From positions 7,919 through 71,918 of the IMG/VR virus record IMGVR_UViG_3300031997_002780: 64,000 bases of DNA; one strand, given 5' to 3'. Source of the stretch: a virus. A program made the translations under genes and the position numbers. The stretch's first letter is position 1. Every line of letters begins with the position of its first letter. Below the pieces are notes generated by a model, which was not told the origin of the DNA, made no database searches, and saw only the letters and a program-made list of their open reading frames with translations. Shown piece after piece: positions 38,901-47,524 of this stretch.

Positions 38901-41824
38901 ATTCTAATATTTTTATATTCAGGCTCTGCCCGATGAGCAACCATCATATACATCTTTTTCCAATCGTTTGCTTGCTTACTTATCAAGCCTTTATTACTGG
39001 AAACAGACGAACTTGCTGCTTGAACCCAACCAGTCATCATATTTTGAAGTACTTGCCCTGATGTTCCATCTTTCATTGCTTTTTCGAGAGCATCGGCAAG
39101 GTCTTTATCCATTTGAGTTGCTGTAGGAACAAAAACAGATTTTCCACCCATTACCGGAATCCATTCCCCTTGATTTTTTACACTATCTATATAGGCTTTA
39201 GCTTCTGCATCTATATTTTCAGTACCTTTTTCAATTATTCCGTTTAAAGTGTTCCGTTTTTGTATTGCTTCATCTATAGCTTTATTCGCATCGGTTGTCA
39301 TTTTTGCTTGGTCAGAAAAATATGTTGCAATATCTTGATTTCCTAATGTTGTTGCAAGATAATAATCTACAGTAGCTTTTTCTAAATCTTCCATGTTTTG
39401 ACCAGCAACCAGTGTAGCATTTCCGAATTCATCAAAACTATATTTTAAATTAGGAACAACACTATATAAATCATTATATAATTTTGTTAATTTTTCTTCG
39501 TCTTCAGTACTTAATCCTTCGCTTGAACGTCTAGCTATCATAATTTGTATTTGATTGTACAAATCTATAGCGGTTTTTTGTTTTTCAGGAAATTCATCAA
39601 GAATTCCTAGATAATCATTTACTGCTTTAGTAAGTTCTTCTTGAGCCTTTTTTACATTATCGAGATTTTTTTGATATGCTTGCCAAATAGCAGTTATTGC
39701 TATAGCAGCTATTCCTAATAAACCCATAGCTGCGTTGAGTGCTGTTGTTGCTGCTGCTGCTCCTGTTGCAGCAATCTTATATGTCCCTGCTGCATATCCC
39801 ATTCCCTCCAAAGTAACAACCAAGGAATCTCCTGTAATCATAGATAAAGTTTGAGCAATGGTCATATCTATCTGAGAAATAGTTGCAAGTTTTTGTTGTG
39901 TAACCAAAGATACAAGACTCATAACAAGGTTTTTAATATTTTTTCCGGTATTTATTAAAGTATTCGTAATTGATTCTCTGTTGAAAATTATCATTAGAGC
40001 AATTATTTCTACAAGTAAAGGAGGTATTCCCCCGATAGAATCTATAAACTTTACTACAGCAATAGCTGCATCTAGGAACCATTTTATCATATTAGAATTA
40101 ACTGTTCCACTATAAAGAGCTTGCATTGCGGCTGTAAGTTGACCTTGTTTAGCTTGAACACTTTCTAAATAAATACCATAACGGTTCATTGCTAAACCAG
40201 TAGCATCAGTTTGGGCTGCTTGATATTGAAGAGCTTTGTCCATATTATTCATCAAAACAAGAAATGCCTCTTTTTGACGTACACCACCAATAGCGACAGC
40301 GATTTCTATTTGTTCTCTTTCGCCTAAAGTATCCCATTTAGCAGCGGTATCTTCTAACACATCGCCCATATTACGGAAAGTACCATCGGCTTCTTTCATA
40401 GAAATACCAACAGCATCTAATGATTTTTGAACTTTACTGATTGTCCAACCTTCTTCGTCTGTACCACCCCCTTGAATAAGGGTCATTCTAGCAAACATGG
40501 TCTTGAATGCTTGACCAATCATTTCTGCGTTCTGTCTGGTAACAGTAGAAACAGTACCAATATATGAAATTAATTGTTCCATACCAACACCAGCTAAAGC
40601 AGCCGATTCAGAAGTATATCTTAAAGCAGTTGCAAGTTCACCTGCACTGGTTGCGGCTATATTATCAACCGCAATAAGTTTATCAACAACAGTTGCAGTA
40701 TCACTAACCGATACTTTAAAAGCATTTGTGATAGATGTTAAATAGTTAGTAGCATCGGCAGAATCCATTGCACCCAATTTAGAAAGCATCATAGATGCTC
40801 TCATAAGTTTCTGAGTTTCATCAACCGTTCTACCCTGTCTAAACCATTCCACACTACCTTTTGCGATTTCAAGAGTAGAAGCTCCCATCTCCTGACCTAA
40901 TTTGTTAAAAGATTGGGCTAAATCATTAATTTGTTCTGGTGTTTGTGCTCCTTCTGCTTGAAGTACCTGAATTTTAGTCATTTCAGTATTCAAATCAATG
41001 GCGTATTTCACAGCATCGTTGAATAATTGTTGAGCTTTATATACTAATCCAATAGAAAAAGAATAGGCGATGGTCTGTTGGATGGCATTAGCAATTCTAT
41101 TGGAAAAACTCTGAAATACATTTGCACCAGTTTTTGTACCTTCCATTGCAGTATTCATTCCCGCAAATGCGTCTCTCAATTTTTTCACATTATCTGCGGT
41201 GAGTTCTCCCGCTTTCCCTAATCTTGTAAAAGTTTCTATCTCATTTTTTAGTGCAGCAACAGATTGTTTTGCTGCACTAACCTGAGTACCCCTCATTCCA
41301 GATAATTTTTTTTCGTTTTTATCAGCCGCAGCAGTATATCTTGTTAAATCACCTGCCATTTTGTCAGTATCAGTTGAAGTCAATTTTACTATCTGCTGAA
41401 ACTTTTCCATAGCCTGAGATTCTGAAAGAAGTTTAACTTTCCCTTCGTCTATAGCTTTCTGTAAATTTTTTTCTGTCTGCGTATAATCTTTTGCTATTTT
41501 TGTAGTTCCACCAAATGCATCTCCGAGTTCTTTAACTTCCCCGGTTTGAATTTTAAATATTCCTTTTTCTGTTTTAATAGTTTTAAAAGTTGCTATTAAT
41601 TTTCCAGTTCCGAGAGTAGCCGCATCAGTCATTTTTGTAAATTCTTCAATACCACCTAGCATGTTAACCATGCTTTTACCTTCCCGCATAGCAGGTAAGT
41701 CAAGCTTAAATGACTTGGATGCTTGGGAAAGTTTAGCATTCATATCGGCTACCGTTTTATCAACAGAACTCGGCATAAACACTGTCGTGACAGGAAATAC
41801 AATCTCTAAACCACCACTAGCCAT
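35990..41824 (-). CDS. Tape measure protein (1944 aa)
   Basis: TP901-like core (EIAKGSVEWFRQG, DKL.AVDN.AATS..ELA.AL, IG.AFKTMFARM), long coiled coil, and C-terminal HEGG...EVFAKLLKGEYV. Confidence 0.92.
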   Translation of the reverse strand: MASGGLEIVFPVTTVFMPSSVDKTVADMNAKLSQASKSFKLDLPAMREGKSMVNMLGGIEEFTKMTDAATLGTGKLIATFKTIKTEKGIFKIQTGEVKELGDAFGGTTKIAKDYTQTEKNLQKAIDEGKVKLLSESQAMEKFQQIVKLTSTDTDKMAGDLTRYTAAADKNEKKLSGMRGTQVSAAKQSVAALKNEIETFTRLGKAGELTADNVKKLRDAFAGMNTAMEGTKTGANVFQSFSNRIANAIQQTIAYSFSIGLVYKAQQLFNDAVKYAIDLNTEMTKIQVLQAEGAQTPEQINDLAQSFNKLGQEMGASTLEIAKGSVEWFRQGRTVDETQKLMRASMMLSKLGAMDSADATNYLTSITNAFKVSVSDTATVVDKLIAVDNIAATSAGELATALRYTSESAALAGVGMEQLISYIGTVSTVTRQNAEMIGQAFKTMFARMTLIQGGGTDEEGWTISKVQKSLDAVGISMKEADGTFRNMGDVLEDTAAKWDTLGEREQIEIAVAIGGVRQKEAFLVLMNNMDKALQYQAAQTDATGLAMNRYGIYLESVQAKQGQLTAAMQALYSGTVNSNMIKWFLDAAIAVVKFIDSIGGIPPLLVEIIALMIIFNRESITNTLINTGKNIKNLVMSLVSLVTQQKLATISQIDMTIAQTLSMITGDSLVVTLEGMGYAAGTYKIAATGAAAATTALNAAMGLLGIAAIAITAIWQAYQKNLDNVKKAQEELTKAVNDYLGILDEFPEKQKTAIDLYNQIQIMIARRSSEGLSTEDEEKLTKLYNDLYSVVPNLKYSFDEFGNATLVAGQNMEDLEKATVDYYLATTLGNQDIATYFSDQAKMTTDANKAIDEAIQKRNTLNGIIEKGTENIDAEAKAYIDSVKNQGEWIPVMGGKSVFVPTATQMDKDLADALEKAMKDGTSGQVLQNMMTGWVQAASSSVSSNKGLISKQANDWKKMYMMVAHRAEPEYKNIRMAMELAAANNPELLAAMKEAEVDYQNQIGEARLAAEKAFYEKYGATSATATTEQLNAEFKAQMQIIDQLSPSLDALGKALMQTGDNSIALSDAILQTNTELEKLAKDTGLEIPIKSFNDLDNAAGTALDPAKVQAYRTELISWMMTNADLLSTNDILYNSLINKLIALAGTANTTLVEYTNETGAMAAVTEAQWTQMTQTIAQQLFSIAENQGIVFTDINGNSLTTVQQLQAALAAQLLSFESAAIQSGQKTAKIMADLAKYMADLFKFVTNLTPYEPAPINLPAAPSGGGGQKKDPRAEALEKQIKAYEDEIELMQEQLEIYDEQIDAIDDLIEIENRKKEVIQDQIDIYEKQKDAIDRQIDVLQQQIDLLDRQVEMLNRLTAEIDRQIEMYQREISLIDREIEMYERQKELIDSLIDAQEELIKPLEEQKDAIDKQLSSFKEAIDLQKEALQLRKEEADFLDELTKKNKALANLEAEIAIASLDTSEEGIARRLKLEEEAAAAREDLAKTQEDREYDLQVRGLDDAYAAFEKGMNAQKALLDDQIAKIQEIIDKYNTQKEAIDALIVPLEAEKLRINDIIYGLEQQKIPIEDAIFRLEQEKIRIEDLIYPLEQQKVALDELIYPLTLQQEAIDLIIHQYEDEKRAIEDLKKPIEDQIELIGDKIEVLQDELDLINEITKAMGGGPGGGGMLSALEQLRLKMIENGIVGAFNDAAMQRMLDINIAKYGDLTKAINVTIEEMKRLITESNNARAAAEAAFNAGPLNPGPSGWTPPMGPAIIVPTTPPVTPPVIPPPPRPPRHEGGFASEHGPDVFEGTLKDSEVFAKLLKGEYVATEDQMKTFLRKTLPNIATEINNMFSEKEKSLKLRGKNRLDVEPMGKNGSPQPPSFNIEAIKIISPTQRSSGELTRPISSNPRENTYRDMNFEMNINVNGSLDKTVLPKLKKDVIKEINKSLERRGIRRTADSFAI

Positions 41825-41933
41825 CTAGCACCTCCTTCTCCATCTCTTTTATCACTTCTTCGCTTTTTTTAATGTCGAAGACAGTTGCAATAGGGAAGAT
41901 AATTTCTATTCTGCTTCCAGAAGCTATTGTCAT
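41817..41933 (-). CDS. Unlisted 38-aa ORF paralogous to the tape measure N-terminus
   Basis: MTIASGSRIEIIFPIATVFDIKKSEEVIKEMEKEVLDG; SD GAGGAGG; its end overlaps the TMP start codon. Confidence 0.7.
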   Translation of the reverse strand: MTIASGSRIEIIFPIATVFDIKKSEEVIKEMEKEVLDG

Positions 41934-41960
41934 ATAAACCTCCTCAATAAAACCATAAAA

Positions 41961-42956
41961 CTACAATTTTAAGTTCTCTAAACCCTCATATATTCTATCT
42001 CGGGCTGATGTGTCGTCGTAAATTTGAATCATATCACTTGACCACCCCATTAATTCTTTAATTAATTGTGGGGGTATATTTTTCTTTGAAAATAATGTTA
42101 CTAAATAATGACGGACCGCATGGGCGTAAAAGGGTACACCTAAATATTTTTCAAAGCCTTCAATCCAACCTCGTACAGTAGCACCAGTAGCAGGAGTTCC
42201 GTCTTGTTTAATAAATAAAAAATTATGATTTAATTTTTTTTCTTTTAAAATTTTGGCTCTTTCTTTAAGCCATTCTTTATAATAAGGCATAAACTTTTCT
42301 TTTAAAATATATTTATAAAGTAATTTTCCTGATTTTCCCTTGCCTTTTGTACGGATTTGCTTTGTGGTTTCGATAAATAAATCTCCAAACGCAGTTCTAT
42401 TTTCATCAATTAAATCTGTCTCGAAACATAATAATTCTGTAAATCTAGCACCGCTAGTTGCAGCGAGGGCGAGCCAACACGCTTGTTGCTTTTCATTTTT
42501 ACTTAAGTGTTCTAAAAGATTTTCCATTTGTTCGTCTGTTAAAATAGTTTTTTCTCTCCGCATTTCTTTGGGACTCGATTCTATAATATTCAAAATCACA
42601 TTGCGAAAATTAGGGTATTCTTCGTCATAGAACTTAGTAATAAAATTAGATAGAGAAGATAATGTGCTTCTAAGATTATTTAATCTAGCCGAACCTAGTT
42701 TTAATTCTTCTGATGCATAAGAGAAAAATTCGGAAAATTCTAATTTTTTAATATCTGTAAATTTTTTATTGTTATTATTTAAAAGATTCCATGATAAAAA
42801 CATTGTCAAATTTGACTCATAAACTGTAATAGTTTTAGGGCTAACCCTTATTTGTTTATCTTTTAAAAACCTATTCATTAAAGATATATTTTCAGAATTT
42901 ATTTGTGATGTTAATTCATCAGATGTTATTATTTTTCTAAATGTTTTTCTTGGCAT
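41961..42956 (-). CDS. Tyrosine recombinase
   Basis: SGARFTE (R), TKGKG (K), HAVRH (HxxR), MGW, IY (Y); SAM-like N-terminus. Confidence 0.9.
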   Translation of the reverse strand: MPRKTFRKIITSDELTSQINSENISLMNRFLKDKQIRVSPKTITVYESNLTMFLSWNLLNNNNKKFTDIKKLEFSEFFSYASEELKLGSARLNNLRSTLSSLSNFITKFYDEEYPNFRNVILNIIESSPKEMRREKTILTDEQMENLLEHLSKNEKQQACWLALAATSGARFTELLCFETDLIDENRTAFGDLFIETTKQIRTKGKGKSGKLLYKYILKEKFMPYYKEWLKERAKILKEKKLNHNFLFIKQDGTPATGATVRGWIEGFEKYLGVPFYAHAVRHYLVTLFSKKNIPPQLIKELMGWSSDMIQIYDDTSARDRIYEGLENLKL

Positions 42957-42958
42957 TT

Positions 42959-43675
42959 TTATTCTCCGTTTTGATAATCTTGAGGAAAATTAAGTTTACC
43001 TAAATCATGATAAAATTCCCAAGATGATTTGTCAAAAGTTTTTGCAGCTTCGATGATATCCGAGTAATAACCTAAATATATTCTATTCCTATTTGTAGGA
43101 TTAACAATTCTAACTATAAAATAATTGTGTTTATCTTTTGTTATTCCTATATATCCTAATTTATTGTTTTTATTTTTTTTACAAGACGATGAGTTGCTTG
43201 CTTTTTTTCTTGATTCCTCGGAAACAACTCTTCCCTTTAGTGCTTTGGATATTTTATCTAATGTTTCTTTAGATAATCGTTTTCCGTACATGGGGTTGTT
43301 TATACCAGAAAGAGCCACTCTTAGTTTTTCTCTATGCTCATCTGTAATAATTACATTTCTCATTGGGGTGATTCCTCCCCACGATATATTATATCCGCTT
43401 TCTGTGGAGTGAGAATGTAATTCTTTTATCCAATAAATCTCTCTTTCATCCAATAAGTCTATATGGCATTTCTCTATAATAAAAAACTTAAAACAATCTT
43501 TTCCATATTTATTCCATGCCTTTTGAAAGTAGACATTATTTGATTTATTATTTTCAAGTTCTCTCATGTGTCTCTTATATCTTCTATTTATATCTTGAGT
43601 TTGACCTATATATTTTTTACTATCTATTATATTTTCAAAACAATATATACAAGAACAAGTGTCTAATTTTCTCAT
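42959..43675 (-). CDS. GIY-YIG homing endonuclease with NUMOD3 and AP2 domains
   Basis: CIYCFEN....KKYIGQT; C-terminal YIGI...YLGYY....EAAK.FD.......LNFP. Confidence 0.88.
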   Translation of the reverse strand: MRKLDTCSCIYCFENIIDSKKYIGQTQDINRRYKRHMRELENNKSNNVYFQKAWNKYGKDCFKFFIIEKCHIDLLDEREIYWIKELHSHSTESGYNISWGGITPMRNVIITDEHREKLRVALSGINNPMYGKRLSKETLDKISKALKGRVVSEESRKKASNSSSCKKNKNNKLGYIGITKDKHNYFIVRIVNPTNRNRIYLGYYSDIIEAAKTFDKSSWEFYHDLGKLNFPQDYQNGE

Positions 43676-44148
43676 TTTATAACTCCGCTCTTAATGAAGA
43701 ATGTAAGCCCTACAGAAAAAGCATCTGACTCGTCATAATTCTGAAGTTTTATTTTTGGGTATTTCTCTTTAATCACCCAATATATTTCTTCTTTAGTCAT
43801 ATTCCCCTTTCCTCCAACTATCTTTTTTACGCTGGATGCCGGATAATAGGTCTGTTCATATTCTGCAAATAAATAATTTACTAAACCATGAACTCTAAAA
43901 ATCATTTGAGTACTTTGATTATAACGAGTAAACCCTTGTTCAATCACAAGTATTTCGGGCGCATATTCTTTTGCTATTTTTTTTAATTCATTTCCAATAA
44001 TTTGTAGCTTAAGCTTGGTTTCATTTTCGCTTTTAGTATCTATGGTAAATGCTTTTACAAATTTACCATCATTGGAAAAAATACATACCCCTGTAGAATT
44101 TAAAGATAAATCTAATGCATATACATATGTTTCCATTATACCTCCCAA
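43672..44148 (-). CDS. ruvC: RuvC-like Holliday junction resolvase
   Basis: ALDLSLNSTG, VIEQG, VKK..GGKG...KE, DESDAFSV. Confidence 0.85.
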   Translation of the reverse strand: MGGIMETYVYALDLSLNSTGVCIFSNDGKFVKAFTIDTKSENETKLKLQIIGNELKKIAKEYAPEILVIEQGFTRYNQSTQMIFRVHGLVNYLFAEYEQTYYPASSVKKIVGGKGNMTKEEIYWVIKEKYPKIKLQNYDESDAFSVGLTFFIKSGVIK

Positions 44149-44184
44149 AAAAAGAAGGGAGTATATTATTCATATACTCCCTTC
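44147..44184 (-). terminator. Intrinsic terminator
   Basis: GAAGGGAGTATAT / ATATACTCCCTTC stem followed by a U-tract on the minus strand. Confidence 0.8.
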
Positions 44185-44197
44185 CTAAATAGATAGA

Positions 44198-44569
44198 TTA
44201 TTTAACTGGTTCTTTTCCAGCGTTTGCTTTGGCTTCTGCTCTTTGTTGATTTTTCTCATAACTAAAACCAAACAAAGGTGTACCTTTAATGGTGTTGTAA
44301 GTAAGTTGACCACCCAAGATTTGAATGACATAACCCAAAATAAATGTAAGTAACTTGAGCCATTCGTTTACATCTGACCATACAATAGGTACTTTTAAGA
44401 AGTAAACAACTGTTACTGCAAGGAATACAAAGAGGCTGATTCCTTGATACCATTGTTCTGATTGACCATCTTTAATTACACCAACTTTTTTAAGTACACT
44501 TATTAAAATAGAAACAAATGCACCTAATCCGGCTAATCCGGCAATAATCATTAAAATATTTTCTAACAT
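44198..44569 (-). CDS. Holin-like membrane protein
   Basis: Three hydrophobic segments and a charged C-terminal tail. Confidence 0.55.
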   Translation of the reverse strand: MLENILMIIAGLAGLGAFVSILISVLKKVGVIKDGQSEQWYQGISLFVFLAVTVVYFLKVPIVWSDVNEWLKLLTFILGYVIQILGGQLTYNTIKGTPLFGFSYEKNQQRAEAKANAGKEPVK

Positions 44570-44607
44570 TTTTTTATTCTCCTTTTTTAAATAAGTATTT
44601 TATTTTT

Positions 44608-45813
44608 TTATGTAAGTTTACTTCTATCAAATCCAAACGATGGCATAGTTTTATCTGTCAAACTCATATAAAAAGACGTTCCTTTTCTTTGTCTTTCGAA
44701 TATATTATTATCATAAGTAATCATATCATATCTTTTCGTATATAAATTTTGTAATGTTTTAAATGTTTGCATCATCGGATTAATTTTATTACGACTTAAA
44801 GCTCCTCCCTCAAATGTTGCATAAAAATCTAAATTTTCCATAGATATTTTAAAAGTTTCTTGAACTGTAATTTTTCCGCTTACTTCTACGGTTTCAAAAT
44901 CAGAAGTTAATCTTTCAAATCTAACAATTGGACCCGGGCTTGTGGAAGTATCTTTTAGATAATCTCCGGAATTCGGTATAAAATGTTTTTGAGGAGATGT
45001 CATTGCTTCTGCTATTCCTCTTTTTACTAATTTTCTTATTTCTCTTATTTTAAGTTCTACATATAGCGCCATTGCGACAAAAACATATTGTCTAGATATC
45101 GCAGTACCTCCCGGAGAATATGGTTCGGAAATTATCAGTAAAAGATTTTTCATTTTTATATATAATTCTAGTAGAGCCATTGCTTCCATTTTTTCTGCTT
45201 CTAATAGTATATCTCTTGCTTTTTCAATACTTGGTTCTGATTCATCGATTATCATTGCTATTGTGTAGGAAGCAACTTTTATTTCTCCGGCTCTTTGTGT
45301 TTCTTTTATTTCTGCAACTCCGGGAATATCCGGTAATGGACTATTTCCAGGACTACTTACATTATTAAAAATTAATACATCTTGAAAAAAATTTCCCAGT
45401 TGTTGCTTGTTAATTGGAACATCCCCTAGGAATTTTATAATCCCTTTATCAGTTTCATAACTTATTTGCTTACTGGGTAATCCGGTTTTTTCATCTACAG
45501 CTAGTGTATATACTCCTTTTGCCGCAGCATTTCCCGCTGCTGTTTCTAACATGTTTTTAATTATTGTAAATTTATCCTCTACAGCTTTTGCCACATCGTT
45601 AGGAACATTCGCAGCCCCAAATAAATCCTTTGCTACCAAAGACATATTACCAGAATATTTCTTATACGTAGAATCTACTGTATCTTCTTGTATATCTTGG
45701 ATAAAATCTACAATATCTTTAGAAGTAAGACCTTTTCCTAATCCGTATTTCATTGCTTCCGATATTCTTTCTTTATGAGTAAAAAATGGATTTCCTACTT
45801 CAATATTCATCAT
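44608..45813 (-). CDS. Hypothetical protein with a possible PD-(D/E)XK motif
   Basis: LGNFFQD...PLPDIPGVAEIK; strong SD. Confidence 0.4.
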   Translation of the reverse strand: MMNIEVGNPFFTHKERISEAMKYGLGKGLTSKDIVDFIQDIQEDTVDSTYKKYSGNMSLVAKDLFGAANVPNDVAKAVEDKFTIIKNMLETAAGNAAAKGVYTLAVDEKTGLPSKQISYETDKGIIKFLGDVPINKQQLGNFFQDVLIFNNVSSPGNSPLPDIPGVAEIKETQRAGEIKVASYTIAMIIDESEPSIEKARDILLEAEKMEAMALLELYIKMKNLLLIISEPYSPGGTAISRQYVFVAMALYVELKIREIRKLVKRGIAEAMTSPQKHFIPNSGDYLKDTSTSPGPIVRFERLTSDFETVEVSGKITVQETFKISMENLDFYATFEGGALSRNKINPMMQTFKTLQNLYTKRYDMITYDNNIFERQRKGTSFYMSLTDKTMPSFGFDRSKLT

Positions 45814-45868
45814 AATATTTTACCTCCTTATAACTATAATTTACAAGAAGGTCCATAAAATTATCCTT

Positions 45869-46081
45869 TTAAAAGGCTAAATCATCTTCTTGTCTGCGTA
45901 TCCTTTTTTGCTCCATTTCTCTTTCATACCCACAATTTTTATTAGAACAAGCAATGTATTCTTCAGCAACAACAACAGGAATTCCATTTCTTATTTCACT
46001 TATGTCTCTCACTCTAATTTGAAGTATGCTCTTACATTCCGGACAACGTTCACTAAGGGAACGCTTTAGTCTGCCTATCAT
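45869..46081 (-). CDS. Small zinc-ribbon protein
   Basis: CPEC...CSNKNC. Confidence 0.65.
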   Translation of the reverse strand: MIGRLKRSLSERCPECKSILQIRVRDISEIRNGIPVVVAEEYIACSNKNCGYEREMEQKRIRRQEDDLAF

Positions 46082-46082
46082 T

Positions 46083-46682
46083 TTATTCCTTTTTTATCCC
46101 ATCATTCAGTTCGTCTATTAAAGGTTGCTCTATAGAAGCTAAATCAGAAGGGTTTCTCATGATATTAGCTTTTTCTAAATCATCAATAAGTCCCATTCCA
46201 ACATTTTGTAATTCCTTAATATCGTCCGGGGAAATCTTGTTTATTTGGTCTATAAATCCTTCGGCTTTTGCTAATAAATCAGAAAGAACTTTTCCGAGTG
46301 AGTTGTCTAACTTTTCTTGTTCTTTTACTTCATAAACAACTTCGTCTAATCTTCTTTTAAAATTCCAATAATTAGTAATTTCTCTAGTTATCATTTCCCA
46401 AAGTTTATCATCGACGTATATATTATTATCCACATCACTCATGTCAATGTTTGTGTTGAGTTGGATAATATAAAACATTAACCTACATTCTGCTTCAAAA
46501 ACATGATATTTAGTTTTTTCTACCACAATTTCAGTTATGTCTCCAAAGAAATCTTTAATATATTCGTTGATTAAAAGTACTTCTTCTGAAAAATCGATAA
46601 ATGGGTTTATTTCTATACTTACCCCATCATATTCAATTATTTTGTTTTCCGGAGTTTTTATCTCCAATTTAACCTTATCCAT
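46083..46682 (-). CDS. Hypothetical protein, possibly a tail assembly chaperone
   Basis: Acidic helical protein downstream of the tail tube gene. Confidence 0.45.
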   Translation of the reverse strand: MDKVKLEIKTPENKIIEYDGVSIEINPFIDFSEEVLLINEYIKDFFGDITEIVVEKTKYHVFEAECRLMFYIIQLNTNIDMSDVDNNIYVDDKLWEMITREITNYWNFKRRLDEVVYEVKEQEKLDNSLGKVLSDLLAKAEGFIDQINKISPDDIKELQNVGMGLIDDLEKANIMRNPSDLASIEQPLIDELNDGIKKE

Positions 46683-46708
46683 TATTTCTCCATTTTTTTA
46701 AAAAAGAT

Positions 46709-46744
46709 AAAAAATACACCGTCATTTTTCAATGACGGTGTATT
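46709..46744 (-). terminator. Intrinsic terminator
   Basis: AATACACCGTCATT / AATGACGGTGTATT stem with a U-tract on the minus strand. Confidence 0.85.
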
Positions 46745-46755
46745 CTTATATGTTA

Positions 46756-47163
46756 TTATGTTCCGTAAGCAATCCAAGATACAAGGGCATAGTGTGCCGC
46801 CATGCTTCCTGAAGCTGCAATCAAAGGTGTCCAGCTTGCGCTAGTAACCATCCAAGACGAGACCCAAATAACCCCCGCAACACTACCTGTAGTAGCCGTA
46901 ACCTTACTGTGTATGTTTGTAGGACTTCCCGATAACTCAGCTACAACCCCGAGAACAGTTGATAATCCTGTAACTATTGGTATAACTGGACCACTCGGGG
47001 TAAAAGACCCACTGATAATCCTTTTATAGCCAGATACGCTACTTCCAGAAATAACTATACTTCCAGAAGTTACTAAAGCATCTAATACACTCCCTAGCGC
47101 TACATCTTGTGCGGCGCTCATGGAGTTATTCAAATTTGTAATTTGTGTTGAAGTTAAAGCCAT
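46756..47163 (-). CDS. Putative small virion (decoration) protein
   Basis: Ser/Gly-rich beta protein ending in WIAYG; strong SD AAAGGAGG. Confidence 0.5.
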   Translation of the reverse strand: MALTSTQITNLNNSMSAAQDVALGSVLDALVTSGSIVISGSSVSGYKRIISGSFTPSGPVIPIVTGLSTVLGVVAELSGSPTNIHSKVTATTGSVAGVIWVSSWMVTSASWTPLIAASGSMAAHYALVSWIAYGT

Positions 47164-47183
47164 AATTTAATCCTCCTTTATAA

Positions 47184-47477
47184 TTAGCTTTTAGATACAT
47201 AAATAATATCGCCAGCTTTTAATTTCTTATTTTTATATTCTTCCGGGATAGCGATTTCTGTTCCGCTTCCATTGCTATCAATCCCATAAAATCCCGCAGA
47301 ATCGACTCTAAGAATTGTAAAGGGAAATTTATCAGATGTAGGTTTTGATTCTACAGATTTTTCAATTTCTTCTATTACTTCTTCACTTTCTTTCAAATCG
47401 AAAACAGGTTCAACGGGAAATTCTATACTTTCTTTTTCTCTATTGTCTATATTTTCTTCAATATTCTTTTTTGGCAT
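47184..47477 (-). CDS. Hypothetical protein carrying a motif like the TMP N-terminus
   Basis: SIEFPVEPVFDLKESEEVIEEIEK. Confidence 0.55.
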   Translation of the reverse strand: MPKKNIEENIDNREKESIEFPVEPVFDLKESEEVIEEIEKSVESKPTSDKFPFTILRVDSAGFYGIDSNGSGTEIAIPEEYKNKKLKAGDIIYVSKS

Positions 47478-47524
47478 TTTGTTTTCCTTAATATAGAAGG
47501 GGTAGTTTTATTCTACCCCTATTA

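Noticed and set aside
41860-41875. A7 run in the micro-ORF as a programmed frameshift into TMP
   Set aside because: TMP is in the +1 frame, which hits TGA three codons after the run. The -1 frame is not the TMP frame.
47498-47520. Hairpin AGGGGTAG/CTACCCCT after the tail tube gene as a strong terminator
   Set aside because: The stem is real but the U-tract is poor, so it is at most a weak terminator or stabiliser.
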